64,000 nucleotides of DNA from an uncultured Chloroflexia bacterium (GTDB taxonomy: Bacteria > Chloroflexota > UBA6077 > JACCZL01). Shown here one piece after another: positions 1 to 10,497 of the stretch. Both the position numbers and the translations under genes were made by a program. Under the pieces are notes generated by a model that worked only from the letters and a program-made list of their open reading frames with translations, was not told the origin of the DNA and ran no database searches. Location: assembly GCA_963765765.1 (NCBI GenBank), contig CAVXYC010000029.1:120761-184760 (forward strand). The letters run 5' to 3'. Each line of letters begins with the position of its first letter. Position 1 is the first letter of the stretch.

Positions 1-109
1 GTGAGGAAGACACGCGGCAGCCAGTAAAAGCTGGACGACGCGTTGGCCGAAACGATCCCTGTCCCTGTGGAAGCGGTCAGAAGTACAAACGCTGTCACGG
101 GAAATAGAG

Positions 110-152
110 TTGGCCTGCGGCTCGGAACGAGCCGCTTTGGACCGCGGCGGTC
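110..152. repeat. REP-like palindromic repeat arm plus partial second arm
   Basis: TTGGCCTGCGGCTCGGAACGAGCCGCTTT (110-138) has an internal GCGGCTCG/CGAGCCGC stem. 136-152 (TTTGGACCGCGGCGGTC) is identical to 23126-23142. Confidence 0.55.
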
Positions 153-156
153 TACC

Positions 157-185
157 TTGACACCCGCCGGCTGACTTCGTAGGAT
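157..185 (+). promoter_or_regulatory. sigma70-type promoter of the gcv operon
   Basis: TTGACA (157-162), 17-bp spacer, TAGGAT (180-185), 22 bp before the gcvT ATG. Confidence 0.65.
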
Positions 186-207
186 CGCCCAGGGATCTCT
201 ACTTTTA

Positions 208-1326
208 ATGTCTGAATTGCCTCTTTCTCGCACGGCGCTCTTCGACGAGCACGTCGCCTCGGGTGCTCGCCTCGTTGAGTTTGGCGGATGGGAGATGCCT
301 GTTCAGTATCAGGGCATCATCGCCGAGCACACGATTGTTCGAACGGCCGTGGGGCTTTTCGATCTTTCGCATATGGGCCGTCTCAGATTTCGCGGGCCTG
401 ATGCGTTGTCCTTTGTGCAGCACCTCACCACCAATGACGTCTCACGGCTCGTTCCTGGCAGAGCTCAGTACTCGTTGTGCTGTGCTGACGACGGCGGCGT
501 ACTCGACGACGTTGTTGTCTATCGTCTAGATCCAGAGATTCTGATGGTGGTGAACGCATCCAATCGAGAGAAGATACTCGATCGCATCAAGGCGCTTCAC
601 AGTGCACGATCGTGGGATTTTGAAATGGTTGATGCGACATCTGCCACCGCTATGATAGGCGTGCAGGGTCCGCTCGCTGAGGAGTATCTGCAACCGCTCG
701 CCGACATCGAGCTCTCGGCAATTCGGTATTACGCGGGCGCAGATAGTCAGATAGACAGGACGCCCGCATTCATCGCTCGCACGGGCTACACCGGCGAGGA
801 CGGGTTCGAGCTCATCGTTTCCGCTGATGACGCCGCGTCTCTCTGGCGAGGCCTTCAGGTATCCCGTGGCGGTGTTTCGCCCGCACCCTGCGGTCTTGGC
901 GCACGGGACACGCTTCGTCTGGAAGCCGGGATGGCGCTCTACGGTCACGAGCTGAACGAGGATACGACGCCTTACGAAGCTGGGCTCGGCCGTGTTGTAA
1001 AGCTGGAAAAGGGCGAGTTTGCTGGGCAAGCAGCTCTTCAGGAGCTCAGTCAGAGCCAGGCGGCCCGGCGACTCGTGGGTTTCCAGCTTACGGGGCAAGG
1101 AGTCCCTCGGCAGGGATATAGAGTACTCAATGACGGCACGAACATCGGCGTCGTAACGAGCGGCACGATGTCGCCAACACTACACACCCCGATCGGTCTT
1201 GCCTACGTTGCCAACGACCGCGATCGAGCGGTAGGCTCCGAGATTCAGATCGAGATTCGTGGACGAGCCACGCCGGCTCAAATTGTGGCTGTCCCGTTTT
1301 ACGCTCACCGGACTAAACGCGGGTAA
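208..1326 (+). CDS. gcvT: Glycine cleavage system T protein (aminomethyltransferase)
   Basis: Motifs FGGWEMPVQY, GLFDLSHMG, RTGYTGEDGFE, GLGARDTLRLEAG. Confidence 0.97.
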   Translation: MSELPLSRTALFDEHVASGARLVEFGGWEMPVQYQGIIAEHTIVRTAVGLFDLSHMGRLRFRGPDALSFVQHLTTNDVSRLVPGRAQYSLCCADDGGVLDDVVVYRLDPEILMVVNASNREKILDRIKALHSARSWDFEMVDATSATAMIGVQGPLAEEYLQPLADIELSAIRYYAGADSQIDRTPAFIARTGYTGEDGFELIVSADDAASLWRGLQVSRGGVSPAPCGLGARDTLRLEAGMALYGHELNEDTTPYEAGLGRVVKLEKGEFAGQAALQELSQSQAARRLVGFQLTGQGVPRQGYRVLNDGTNIGVVTSGTMSPTLHTPIGLAYVANDRDRAVGSEIQIEIRGRATPAQIVAVPFYAHRTKRG

Positions 1327-1359
1327 TCGTCTCGCGACGCTCAGCTAGAAGGAGAATCT

Positions 1360-1737
1360 GTGAATCCGCCAGAACTGAAATACACCAGCGAGCACGAATG
1401 GGTTCGTGTCGACGGCGATGAGGCAGTGGTCGGAATCACTGAGTTCGCGCAGGATCAGCTTGGTGACGTTGTATACGTCGAGCTTCCGAGCGTGGGCACT
1501 CGCATAGAGCAGAATAAGCAGTTTGGCGTCGTGGAGTCGGTGAAGACGGCGTCAGACCTCTACTCGCCGCTAACGGGCGAGGTCACCGCCGTCAATGACA
1601 CACTCGTGGACGAGCCTCAGAGCGTCAACGACGCGCCGTACGGAGAGGGCTGGATGATCCGCGTGCGGCCCGACAATTTGAGTGAGCTCGATTCGCTACT
1701 CTCCGCTGAGCAATACGCGGACCTTACCGGCGACTGA
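1360..1737 (+). CDS. gcvH: Glycine cleavage system H protein
   Basis: LKYTSEHEW, GITEFAQDQLGDVVYV, lipoyl motif VESVKTASD; RBS AAGGAG. Confidence 0.97.
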   Translation: MNPPELKYTSEHEWVRVDGDEAVVGITEFAQDQLGDVVYVELPSVGTRIEQNKQFGVVESVKTASDLYSPLTGEVTAVNDTLVDEPQSVNDAPYGEGWMIRVRPDNLSELDSLLSAEQYADLTGD

Positions 1738-1821
1738 GGCCAGCTTCACAGGCGAAATATCGCGTGCACCCGTCGCGTGGTTCCACGTCGACGAAGTTCG
1801 AGGGAGGACCCAGGCCGGGTT

Positions 1822-3177
1822 ATGGCATTTATTCCGCTGACAGACGACGAACGATCGGCGATGTTGCGCCAGATCGGCGTGGCCTCCGTTGATGATCTTT
1901 TCTCGGATATCCCGGCAGACTTCCGTTTTCCAACGCTCGAGATCGAGCCCAGCATCTCAGAGCTCGAAGTGCTCCGAAAGATGTCGGGCCTGGCTGGGCG
2001 CAATCGACACGTACGGCAACAACCGACTTTCATAGGCGCAGGCGCATACGATCACTTCATACCGAGCATCGTGAACCACGTGGTCGCTCGAAATGAGCTC
2101 TACACCGCTTATACGCCGTACCAGGCGGAGGCGAGTCAGGGCACGCTGCAGTTCATGTTCGAGTTCCAGAGCCTGATCTGCGACCTTCTCGAAATGGACG
2201 TGGCGAACTCATCCGTGTACGACGGTGCGAGTGGTCTCGCGGAAGCGGTGCTCATGGCGCTCAGGATTACCGGACGCGATCGAGTGGTCCTCGCCGCCTC
2301 GGTGTATCCGGAGTACCGACAAGTCGTGGAGACGTATCTCGAAGGTCGTGATCTACACGTCGTCTCCCCGGCACCGCGATTGGAAGGCGGCCGAATCGTC
2401 GCGCCGTCAGTGCTTGACCTTGTCGATGGAAACACGGCCTGTATCGTGGTGCAGCAGCCCAGTGTCTTCGGAGATATCCAGGACCTCACCGAGATCCAGA
2501 AACGGGCTGAGGAAGTCGGCGCCCTATTCATCGTAGTGACAGGTGATCCGGTGTCTCTAGGGTTACTGAAGACGCCTGGCCACTGGGGCGCCGATATCGC
2601 CGTGGGCGAGGGACAGGGAATCGGCGTTCACCTCCAGTATGGCGGCCCCTGGGTCGGCTACATGGCCTGCAAGCAAAAGCATCTCCGACAGTTACCCGGC
2701 CGAATCGTCGGCCAGACGACGGACGATCAGGAGCGCCGCGGATTTGTGCTTACGCTCCAGGCGCGTGAGCAGCACATCCGACGTGAGAAGGCAACGTCTA
2801 ACATCTGTACCAGCCAAACACTTCTCTCCATCGCGGTGACGGCCTATCTAACAGCTATGGGACCTTCGGGACTGCGGGGCGCGGCACGTCTCTCACATGC
2901 ACGAGCGGCCGAAGCGGCCGAACGCATCGGCGCTCTGCCCGGGTACAAAGTGCTCACCCCGGAGCCCTTCTTCAATGAGTTCGTGGTCGCCGGCCCCCGC
3001 GCCGCGCGGGAGACACAGACCGCCCTATTGGAGCATGACATTCTTGCTGGATATTCACTGGATGCACTGGGTAAGGAATTCGAGCATTGCCTCTTGTTGT
3101 GTGCAACTGAGGTGAATACAAGTGAACACATCAGTCAGTTAACCTCGGCGCTGTCAGAGATCGGAGGTGCCCGATGA
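1822..3177 (+). CDS. gcvPA: Glycine dehydrogenase subunit 1
   Basis: FIGAGAYDH, YTAYTPYQAEASQG, REQHIRREKATSNICT. Start moved to ATG 1822 after GGGAGG. Confidence 0.96.
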   Translation: MAFIPLTDDERSAMLRQIGVASVDDLFSDIPADFRFPTLEIEPSISELEVLRKMSGLAGRNRHVRQQPTFIGAGAYDHFIPSIVNHVVARNELYTAYTPYQAEASQGTLQFMFEFQSLICDLLEMDVANSSVYDGASGLAEAVLMALRITGRDRVVLAASVYPEYRQVVETYLEGRDLHVVSPAPRLEGGRIVAPSVLDLVDGNTACIVVQQPSVFGDIQDLTEIQKRAEEVGALFIVVTGDPVSLGLLKTPGHWGADIAVGEGQGIGVHLQYGGPWVGYMACKQKHLRQLPGRIVGQTTDDQERRGFVLTLQAREQHIRREKATSNICTSQTLLSIAVTAYLTAMGPSGLRGAARLSHARAAEAAERIGALPGYKVLTPEPFFNEFVVAGPRAARETQTALLEHDILAGYSLDALGKEFEHCLLLCATEVNTSEHISQLTSALSEIGGAR

Positions 3178-4626
3178 CCGAGCCGCTGATCTCAGAAATT
3201 AGCCGCCCCGGGAGGCCAGGGCACCGACTTCCCGGGTCAGGATGACATCCCTCCCAAATACGAGCTATCGAGCGACCTGCAGCGCGATGCGCTGCCGTTG
3301 CCTGAGGTCTCCGAGCTGGACCTGATGCGCCACGCGGTGCACCTGTCCACAAAGAACCACTCCATCGATAACGGTTTTTATCCGCTCGGCTCGTGCACCA
3401 TGAAATATAACCCCAAGATCAACGAGGACATCGCTCGTTTGCCGGGCTTCCTCTCGGTCCATCCGCACCAGCCTCAGTCTACGGTCCAGGGCGCCCTGGA
3501 GGTCATGTGGGAGCTCCAGCGAATCCTCGAGGCGATTACTGGATTTGACGCTGCAACATTGCAGCCCGCGGCCGGAGCGCATGGCGAGCTGTGCGGCATG
3601 CTCATGATCCGTGCTGCCTTACGGGCTCGCGGTCAAGGCCATCGCGCAAAAGTCCTCATTCCGGACTCCGCGCACGGCACCAATCCGGCCACCGCGGCGA
3701 TGTGCGGTTTCTATACAGTCTCCGTTCCCACCGATCAGCATGGCAACGTCGACGTCAGCGTCATCGAGCGCGAAGCCGACGATCAGACCGTGGGCCTCAT
3801 GCTGACCAATCCGAATACGTTGGGCCTATTTGAACAGCGAATCCTCGAGGTGACCGAGCTCGTCCATCGTGCTGGTGGACTGGTGTACGGCGATGGCGCG
3901 AACCTCAACGCGATCCTTGGAGCAGTAAAGCCCCGCGAGATGGGCATTGACGTTCTCCACATCAACGTCCATAAAACCTTCTCCACGCCGCACGGCGCCG
4001 GTGGCCCCGGAGATGGCCCGGTCGTTGTGACACGCGAGCTGGAGCCATTCCTGCCGGTCCCGGTGGTGAGCAAGCATCCCGATGGGGCATTTTTTCTAGA
4101 TTGGGACCGCCCGAGCTCCATTGGCAAGCTCAAAGCTTTCAACGGGCATTTCGGAATTCTCGCGCGTGCACTGACCTACATTCTGATGCAGGGGAGCGAT
4201 GGTTTGCGCGAGATCAGCCAGACGGCCGTACTCCACGCAAACTACCTGCGAAGCCTGCTCCAGGACGCGTACGAGCTCGCTTACCCTCGCTCCTGCATGC
4301 ACGAATTCGTCCTAACTGGAAGGCGTCAGAAGCGCGCTGGGGTGCGCACGCTCGACATCGCTAAGCGCCTCCTGGACTTCGGAATTCACCCGCCCACCGT
4401 TTACTTCCCACTTATAGTCGAAGAGGCTATGATGATCGAGCCTACCGAGTCGGAGAGCAAAGAAACGCTGGACGAATTCGCTCGGGTCATGCTCCAGATC
4501 GCACACGAGGTCGATGAGAATCCCGACGTAATTCATTCAGCTCCGCACACGACGCCGGTGGGCAGGTTGGACGAAGCGACGGCTGCACGGAAGCCGCGAC
4601 TCCGATGGGGAACGCAGGACCGATAA
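3174..4626 (+). CDS. gcvPB: Glycine dehydrogenase subunit 2 (one frameshift near 3230)
   Basis: ATGA overlap with gcvPA gives [14 protein letters not shown], then a frame change. Body has [13 protein letters not shown] and the PLP lysine motif [13 protein letters not shown]. Confidence 0.95.
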
Positions 4627-4628
4627 CT

Positions 4629-5678
4629 ATGGAACAACGGACTGAAACACATTCCGCGTCAACGGGAATTGCACCTCCCGAGGCACCACTACTGGATGTG
4701 CGGAATTTGCATACGGTGTTCGCCACCGGCGACGGAGTGGTGCACGCAGTCAATGGCGTCTCCTACACGGTAAAGCCGGGTGAAGCGCTGGGACTGGTGG
4801 GCGAAAGCGGCTGCGGCAAAAGCGTGAGCGCGCTGTCGCTCATGCGCCTCATTCCCAATCCTCCCGGCCGCATCAGCGAGGGAGAAATCCTGTTCGACGG
4901 CCGCGACTTGCTCAAGCTGAGTGACGAGGAGATGCGCCGCGTGCGGGGCAAAGAGATCGCCATCATCTTCCAGGACCCCATGAGCTCGCTCAATCCCGTC
5001 CTCACCATCGGACGCCAGATCTCCGAAGCCCTCGAGCTTCATGAAGGCTTGAACGGCGCCAAGGCCCGCGAACGCACTGTGGAGCTGCTCGACCTGGTCG
5101 GTATCCCGTCTGCCAGCTCGCGCGTGGATGACTACCCACACCAGTTCTCCGGTGGCATGCGCCAGCGCGTAATGATCGCCATGGCCCTGTCCTGTAATCC
5201 CAAGCTGCTCATCGCCGACGAGCCAACCACCGCGCTCGACGTGACGATTCAGGCGCAGATTCTGGATCTCATCGCGCGATTGCGCAAAGAGCTCGGGATG
5301 GCGGTCATCCTGATCACCCATGACCTGGGCGTGGTGGCCGGCGTGTGCGAGCGCATCAACGTCATGTACGCGGGGCACATCGTGGAGTCCGGTACCGCCG
5401 AGGAGCTCTTTGCCAATCCGCGCCACCCGTACACGCTGGGTCTTCTTCGGAGCGTCCCGCGCATCGACCAGCCACGCAGAGAGAAGCTCATCCCGATTGA
5501 AGGGCTGCCACCCGATCTCATCGATGCGCCACCGGGCTGCCCTTTTGCACCCCGCTGCGCCTACGCCGTGGAGCGTTGCCTGGACGAGAACCCTGAGCTG
5601 GAGCCGGTCGGACCGGCCCACGTCGCCGCCTGCTGGGTGGACGTCGCCAAGGAGCCTGCACATGTCGATCTTGTCTGA
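4629..5678 (+). CDS. oppD: Oligopeptide/dipeptide ABC transporter ATP-binding protein (OppD/DppD type)
   Basis: [33 protein letters not shown] and C-terminal GCPFAPRC...ACW. Confidence 0.93.
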   Translation: MEQRTETHSASTGIAPPEAPLLDVRNLHTVFATGDGVVHAVNGVSYTVKPGEALGLVGESGCGKSVSALSLMRLIPNPPGRISEGEILFDGRDLLKLSDEEMRRVRGKEIAIIFQDPMSSLNPVLTIGRQISEALELHEGLNGAKARERTVELLDLVGIPSASSRVDDYPHQFSGGMRQRVMIAMALSCNPKLLIADEPTTALDVTIQAQILDLIARLRKELGMAVILITHDLGVVAGVCERINVMYAGHIVESGTAEELFANPRHPYTLGLLRSVPRIDQPRREKLIPIEGLPPDLIDAPPGCPFAPRCAYAVERCLDENPELEPVGPAHVAACWVDVAKEPAHVDLV

Positions 5679-6759
5679 GTCCCCAACGACCAGCGACGGC
5701 TTCGGCGACCAGCCTAGTAGCAACAACAGTAGCCTGCTGGACGTGCGCGGGCTAAAGATGTACTTCCCAATTCACAAGGGGATTGTGTTCCAGAGCCGCG
5801 TCGGTTGGGTCCAAGCGGTGGACGACATCACCTTTGACGTGAAAGAAGGCGAGACGCTCGGATTGGTCGGCGAGAGCGGCTGCGGCAAGTCCACCACCGG
5901 GCGGGCCATCCTGCAGCTGTATAAGCCCACTGAAGGGTCCGTGCGCTTCGATGACACGGAGCTCACCACGCTCAAGGGCGGTGACATGCGGCGCATGCGG
6001 CGGAAGATGCAGATGATCTTCCAGGATCCGTACGCGTCGTTGAATCCGCGCATGACCGTGGGCAGCATCATCGCCGAGCCTCTCGAGATTCACGGACTGG
6101 CGAAAGGGAAAGCCAAGCAGGAGCGCGTGCAAGAGCTCCTGCGCTTGGTCGGACTGAACCCCTACTTCGCCAATCGCTACCCGCATGAATTCTCCGGCGG
6201 CCAGCGGCAACGGATTGGCATTGCCCGCGCCCTGGCCGTGGAGCCGCGCTTCATCGTGTGCGACGAGCCGATCTCCGCTCTGGACGTCTCCATTCAAGCG
6301 CAGGTCATCAACTTGCTCGAATCGCTGCAGGAGCAGCTCGGACTGACTTATCTGTTCATCGCCCATGATCTCGCCGTGGTGCGCCATATCTCGGACCGCG
6401 TCGCCGTGATGTATGTGGGCAAGATGATGGAAGTGGCCGATCGCAACAGTTTGTACGAGCGCCCATTACACCCGTACACGCAGGCGCTGCTCTCCGCCAT
6501 TCCCGTGCCCGACCCGATTCAAGAACGGAAGCGCGAGCGGGTGATTCTGCGGGGCGACGTGCCGAGCCCGGTCAACCCGCCCAGCGGGTGTCGTTTCAAT
6601 CCGCGGTGTCGCTATGCTGAAGCCAACTGCACGACCGACGAGCCGCCACTGATCCAGGTGGATTCACATCACACCGTGGCCTGCCATTACTGGCAGGAGA
6701 TCGAACAAGGCACCAAGCGCGTCACACAGGCTGAGGCCGCTGTTGTAGTCGCCGCCTGA
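5662..6759 (+). CDS. oppF: Oligopeptide/dipeptide ABC transporter ATP-binding protein (OppF/DppF type)
   Basis: [40 protein letters not shown]; RBS AAGGAG before ATG 5662. Confidence 0.93.
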   Translation: MSILSESPTTSDGFGDQPSSNNSSLLDVRGLKMYFPIHKGIVFQSRVGWVQAVDDITFDVKEGETLGLVGESGCGKSTTGRAILQLYKPTEGSVRFDDTELTTLKGGDMRRMRRKMQMIFQDPYASLNPRMTVGSIIAEPLEIHGLAKGKAKQERVQELLRLVGLNPYFANRYPHEFSGGQRQRIGIARALAVEPRFIVCDEPISALDVSIQAQVINLLESLQEQLGLTYLFIAHDLAVVRHISDRVAVMYVGKMMEVADRNSLYERPLHPYTQALLSAIPVPDPIQERKRERVILRGDVPSPVNPPSGCRFNPRCRYAEANCTTDEPPLIQVDSHHTVACHYWQEIEQGTKRVTQAEAAVVVAA

Positions 6760-6778
6760 GCGAAGCCTTCGGCTTCGC
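6760..6778 (+). terminator. Hairpin directly after oppF
   Basis: GCGAAGCC-TTC-GGCTTCGC perfect 8-bp stem; no strong U tract. Confidence 0.5.
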
Positions 6779-6817
6779 ACGTTGTCAGTACCCATTTCTC
6801 TGATGTTAGTCAGAGAA

Positions 6818-7450
6818 ATGGGTACTGAGTCGATTCAACGGGTCCGTAGCTTCTGTCGCACGGTGGCAGCGAGTATAGGCGCTATGACCGACCGATTTCT
6901 CGATCGTGCCCGGCCGATGGGCGAGTCACGGACGCAGCGGGAGATTGAGCACGAAGGTGTCGATGTCCGCGACCTTCGAGCCCGACTTAACTTTGACTCA
7001 GGGTCTACGAGTCGAATCTTCCGTTCGCTCGAGCAGCAAGGCTTGGTGTCGGTCGCCCCGAGTCCCTGCGACGCAAGAGTTCGCCGGGCGCGTCTCACCG
7101 AGGCAGGAATTGCCGAACGAGTTGACCCCGCCAGCTGGCATGTTCGTTATTGCCCACCTGGGAGACCGCCCCGTAGGGTGCGAAGCACTCAAGTTCCATC
7201 TTGATGCCGGCCGAGCTGAAGCGAATGTGGATCTCACCTGAAGCACGGGGTCTCGGGCTCGGTCGAAGCTTACTGGAAGAGCTGGAGCGTCAGGCGCAAA
7301 CCAAGGGAGTGAAGGTTGTCCGTCTCGAGACCAACCGCGCTCTGAATGAGGCTATCACTCTCTACCGAAGCTCTAGTTACAAAGATGTCGCCGCGTTCAG
7401 CAATGAGCCTTACGCTCATCACTGGTTCGAGAAGGACCTATCTCCGTAGT
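6818..7450 (+). pseudogene. MarR-GNAT fusion regulator with internal deletion and frameshifts
   Basis: MarR part (LRARLNFDSG...LEQQGLV...DARVRRARLTEAG) jumps to the GNAT part (LTPPAGMFVIAHLGDRPVGC...PAELKRMWISPEARGLGLG...LETNRAL...NEPYAHHWFEK) across three frames. Confidence 0.8.
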
Positions 7451-7502
7451 GCTGCCTTGGCTGTAGTGTTGGCACCGCGAGCGATACGGCAGCGGCCGTT
7501 TT

Positions 7503-7650
7503 CGGTGGGACAGGCGTCTCTGCCCAATACGGTTCAGTTAAGCGGTGGGAGGCCGGTGGGACAGTCGAGACGACTGTCCCACCGATTCACGGGCGATCTC
7601 CAATCCTTAACTAAACTAAACCGTATTGGGCAGAGTCCCCTGTCCCATCG
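7503..7650. mobile_element. Nested inverted-repeat element (REP/MITE-like)
   Basis: Outer arms 7503-7542 and 7606-7650 are near-perfect inverted repeats. Inner hairpin CGGTGGGACAGTCG-AGA-CGACTGTCCCACCG at 7554-7584. Confidence 0.7.
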
Positions 7651-7712
7651 CGTACGAGCGCTAACTCGACTAAACTGGGCTGGTCTCGTCCGTAGCCCTA
7701 TAACATCCATGG

Positions 7713-8672
7713 TTAGAGCGACAGCGGATCCTCATAAAAATCTAGCTCGGCCAATGCTAGCGATGCGGCATCTCGGACTTCGGCACGCTTGTCGTCAAAA
7801 GCGTAGACCAATCCCTCGCGCGCCTCGTCGCCGCCCAGCTCGCCTAGCGCCTTGATAGCCGCCAGGCGTACTTCCACCTCTTCATCGTCCAGCATCTCAA
7901 CGAGCGCCGGGACCGAGGATTGATCCGGAATCTCGCCACAGGCAGTCGCCACTGCCAGTCGAACCTTCGGGTCCTCGTCCTCCACTACACGTAAGAGTCG
8001 CGAGAGCCAGCGCGGCTCGCCAGAATGGCCCATGGCACGAATGGCATCGATGCGTAAGGCATCGTCATGGAACAACTCGTCGATTTCGGCCGCGACCTCC
8101 GGGGTGGACAGGTGACCGGCAGCCTCCAGCGCGGCGCCTCTGACGCCGACGGGCTCCTGTTCACGGCGAACGAGCCGTATCAGTAGTGCTTCTAGCTCGT
8201 CCGCATCTTCCTCATCCCATTCTCCGAGCTCGATGCTCTGAGCAAACGGGGCTAGTGCGCGGCCGGCTCGTTCACGCACCCGATTGTCTGGATCAAATTC
8301 GAGCAGCTTCATCAGGTGGCCGAAAAGCCATCCTGATTTGTCCTCGATGATGGCGTTGATTCCCGCAAGCCTTAGCTCAGGGTCATCGTCTTGCATGGCA
8401 AGGTGATAGACCTCGTTAAACTCGAGTCGAAGATCGTTCTCCTCGTGATCTCGCAGGCGCTTCAGAATTGCGTGGCGCTCAGCCGTACTGAACTTGTCCC
8501 AGATGAGCTTGAATGAATCCAATCGATCGCCGGAGATGTGTGTTAGCTGAAGATAGTGCTCGTCTCGCAGGGGCTCGCCGGCGGCAACGAGCTGAAGGGC
8601 CTCGTTGAAGACCTCCTTCGCATCACGCTCGTTCTCTATTTCGACGTCTAGTTGATGTTGATCGTCTTGCAT
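7713..8672 (-). CDS. HEAT-repeat (PBS lyase-like) protein
   Basis: Repeated D-x-D-x-x-VR-x-x-A-x-x-ALG units (DPDNRVRERAGRAL, DEDPKVRLAVATACG, DEEVEVRLAAIKALG). Confidence 0.88.
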   Translation of the reverse strand: MQDDQHQLDVEIENERDAKEVFNEALQLVAAGEPLRDEHYLQLTHISGDRLDSFKLIWDKFSTAERHAILKRLRDHEENDLRLEFNEVYHLAMQDDDPELRLAGINAIIEDKSGWLFGHLMKLLEFDPDNRVRERAGRALAPFAQSIELGEWDEEDADELEALLIRLVRREQEPVGVRGAALEAAGHLSTPEVAAEIDELFHDDALRIDAIRAMGHSGEPRWLSRLLRVVEDEDPKVRLAVATACGEIPDQSSVPALVEMLDDEEVEVRLAAIKALGELGGDEAREGLVYAFDDKRAEVRDAASLALAELDFYEDPLSL

Positions 8673-8781
8673 TGCCCTACCGCCCTTGCTTCAGTCGCAC
8701 CATACCGAAGCGCAGAGGCGATTCGGCGAAGACTCATTCCGTGATTGAGCCGTCTGGCTCCTCGGTTGCTACGCGGCCTGT

Positions 8782-10240
8782 CTAATATGCCCGCGCAAAG
8801 AGCGCCCGACGCTCACTCGGCGCACCGCAGTAGACGCACGCGCCCGGGTCCTCCACCTCTCCGCGGGGAAGACAACGAATCGTGGCGCCAGTTTGTTCCT
8901 TGATCGCCGCCTCGCATTCAGGACTTCCGCACCACCTGGCGCGAATGAAGCCTCGAGAGCCTTGCATGACCTGCACAAATTGGTCCATTGAGTCCACCGT
9001 GTGGGTATTCTCATCGCGGTTCGCGCGCGCACGTTCGAAGAGCGAGCGTTGGATGTCTTCGAGGGTTTCAGCCACACTGTGCGGGAGATCAGCCTCCGCC
9101 ACGGTCTGCTTGGCGCGGTTATCGCGTCGAACCATCATGGCAACGCCGTTCTTGACGTCGCGCGGGCCGACTTCAAGGCGAATGGGCACGCCACGAAGCT
9201 CCCATTCATTGAACTTCCAGCCCGGAGTCTTGTCAGACCAGTCGGTTTTCACGCGAAACGTTGGCCTCAGCGCAGTCTCGATACGCCCTACCGCGTCCCT
9301 AATAGCTTGCTCATCCTCGGGCGTTTTTGCAGGAATAGGGACGATGACCACATGAATAGGCGCGATGTGGGGCGGAACAATCAGTCCCGCATCGTCGCCG
9401 TGAACCATGATCAGCGCGCCCACGGTCCGTGTGCTCAGTCCCCAGCTTGTGGTCCAGGCATGGCGACGCTCGCCATCCAAATCCTGAAAGCTAATGTCGA
9501 ATGCGTGCGCGAAGTTCTGGCCGAAAAAGTGAGACGTACCAGACTGAAGCGCGCGACCGTCTGGCATAAGGGCCTCAACGGTGTAGGTGGCATTGGCCCC
9601 AGGAAACTTCTCCGACTCCGTCTTCTGACCGGGAATCACCGGAATAGCGAGCTCCGTCTCCAGGAAGTCACGATAGACCTCGAGCATGCGCTGCGTCTCT
9701 TCTTCGGCTTCATCGGAGGTGCGATGTGCGGTGTGGCCCTCCTGCCAGAGGAACTCGGCGGTGCGCAGGAACGGCAGCGTACGCTTTTCCCAGCGCACCA
9801 CGTTGCACCACTGGTTGATGAGCACTGGCAAGTCTCGCCACGACTGAACCCACTCGCTATACATCGTGCCGATAATCGCCTCGGAGGTGGGCCGAATTGC
9901 CAGGCGCTCCTCGAGCTCTTCACCGCCCGCATGCGTGACCCAGGCGACTTCGGGAGCAAATCCATCCACGTGATCGGCCTCGCGCGTCAGTAGGCTCTCA
10001 GGGACAAAGAGTGGGAAATACGCGTTGGTATGGCCGGTCGCTTTGAAGCGGGCGTCGAGTAGGCCCTGCATGTTCTCCCAGATGGTGTAGCCATAGGGTC
10101 GAATGACCATGCAGCCGCGGACCGGGGAGTAGTCAGCCAGCTCCGCCTTGGCGATGACGTCAAGGTACCACCGGCTGATAATCTTCCGACCTGCGAGGAA
10201 GCTGCTCGACGAATTTCCTATCGCCCGAATCTCCAGCCAC
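8782..10240 (-). CDS. proS: Proline-tRNA ligase, archaeal/eukaryote-like type (frameshift near 10177)
   Basis: SPVRGCMVIRPYG, IRPTSE, FLRTAEFLWQEGHTAH, TSWGLSTR, C-terminal FARAY. Probable start GTG 10240 (MAGDSGDRKFVEQLPRRSED) after GGGGAG. Confidence 0.96.
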
Positions 10241-10277
10241 GCTTCATTCTCCCCAGGTCTCACACGCCCCAAATGAC

Positions 10278-10378
10278 AAAACCGCCCCTTCCAGATGGAG
10301 GGGCGTTGCGGCGCGCTCGTATCTTGACTCTTGAACTGTCAGCTAAGGAATTGTACTGGCCAGCCGCTGGCTCGGCAA
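10278..10378 (-). promoter_or_regulatory. proS promoter plus leader terminator hairpin
   Basis: Minus strand TTGCCG-17 bp-TACAAT (10378-10350), then CGCCCCTCC-ATCT-GGAAGGGGCG followed by GTTTT before the RBS. Confidence 0.6.
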
Positions 10379-10497
10379 GAATGGGCGTTCTTCCGACCCG
10401 CTGGCTAGATACTCGCCCACAAGGGCTACTAGCGCATACCAGGTGTCTCCCAGAAGAGACAACCCCTCCAGGAATCCCCGAACGGCATACCTTTTCA

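Noticed and set aside
1-207. Glycine riboswitch upstream of gcvT
   Set aside because: The promoter is only 22 bp from the ATG and no aptamer motifs are seen.
10273-10497. T-box riboswitch for proS
   Set aside because: No T-box consensus and the leader is too short; reported as an unknown attenuator instead.
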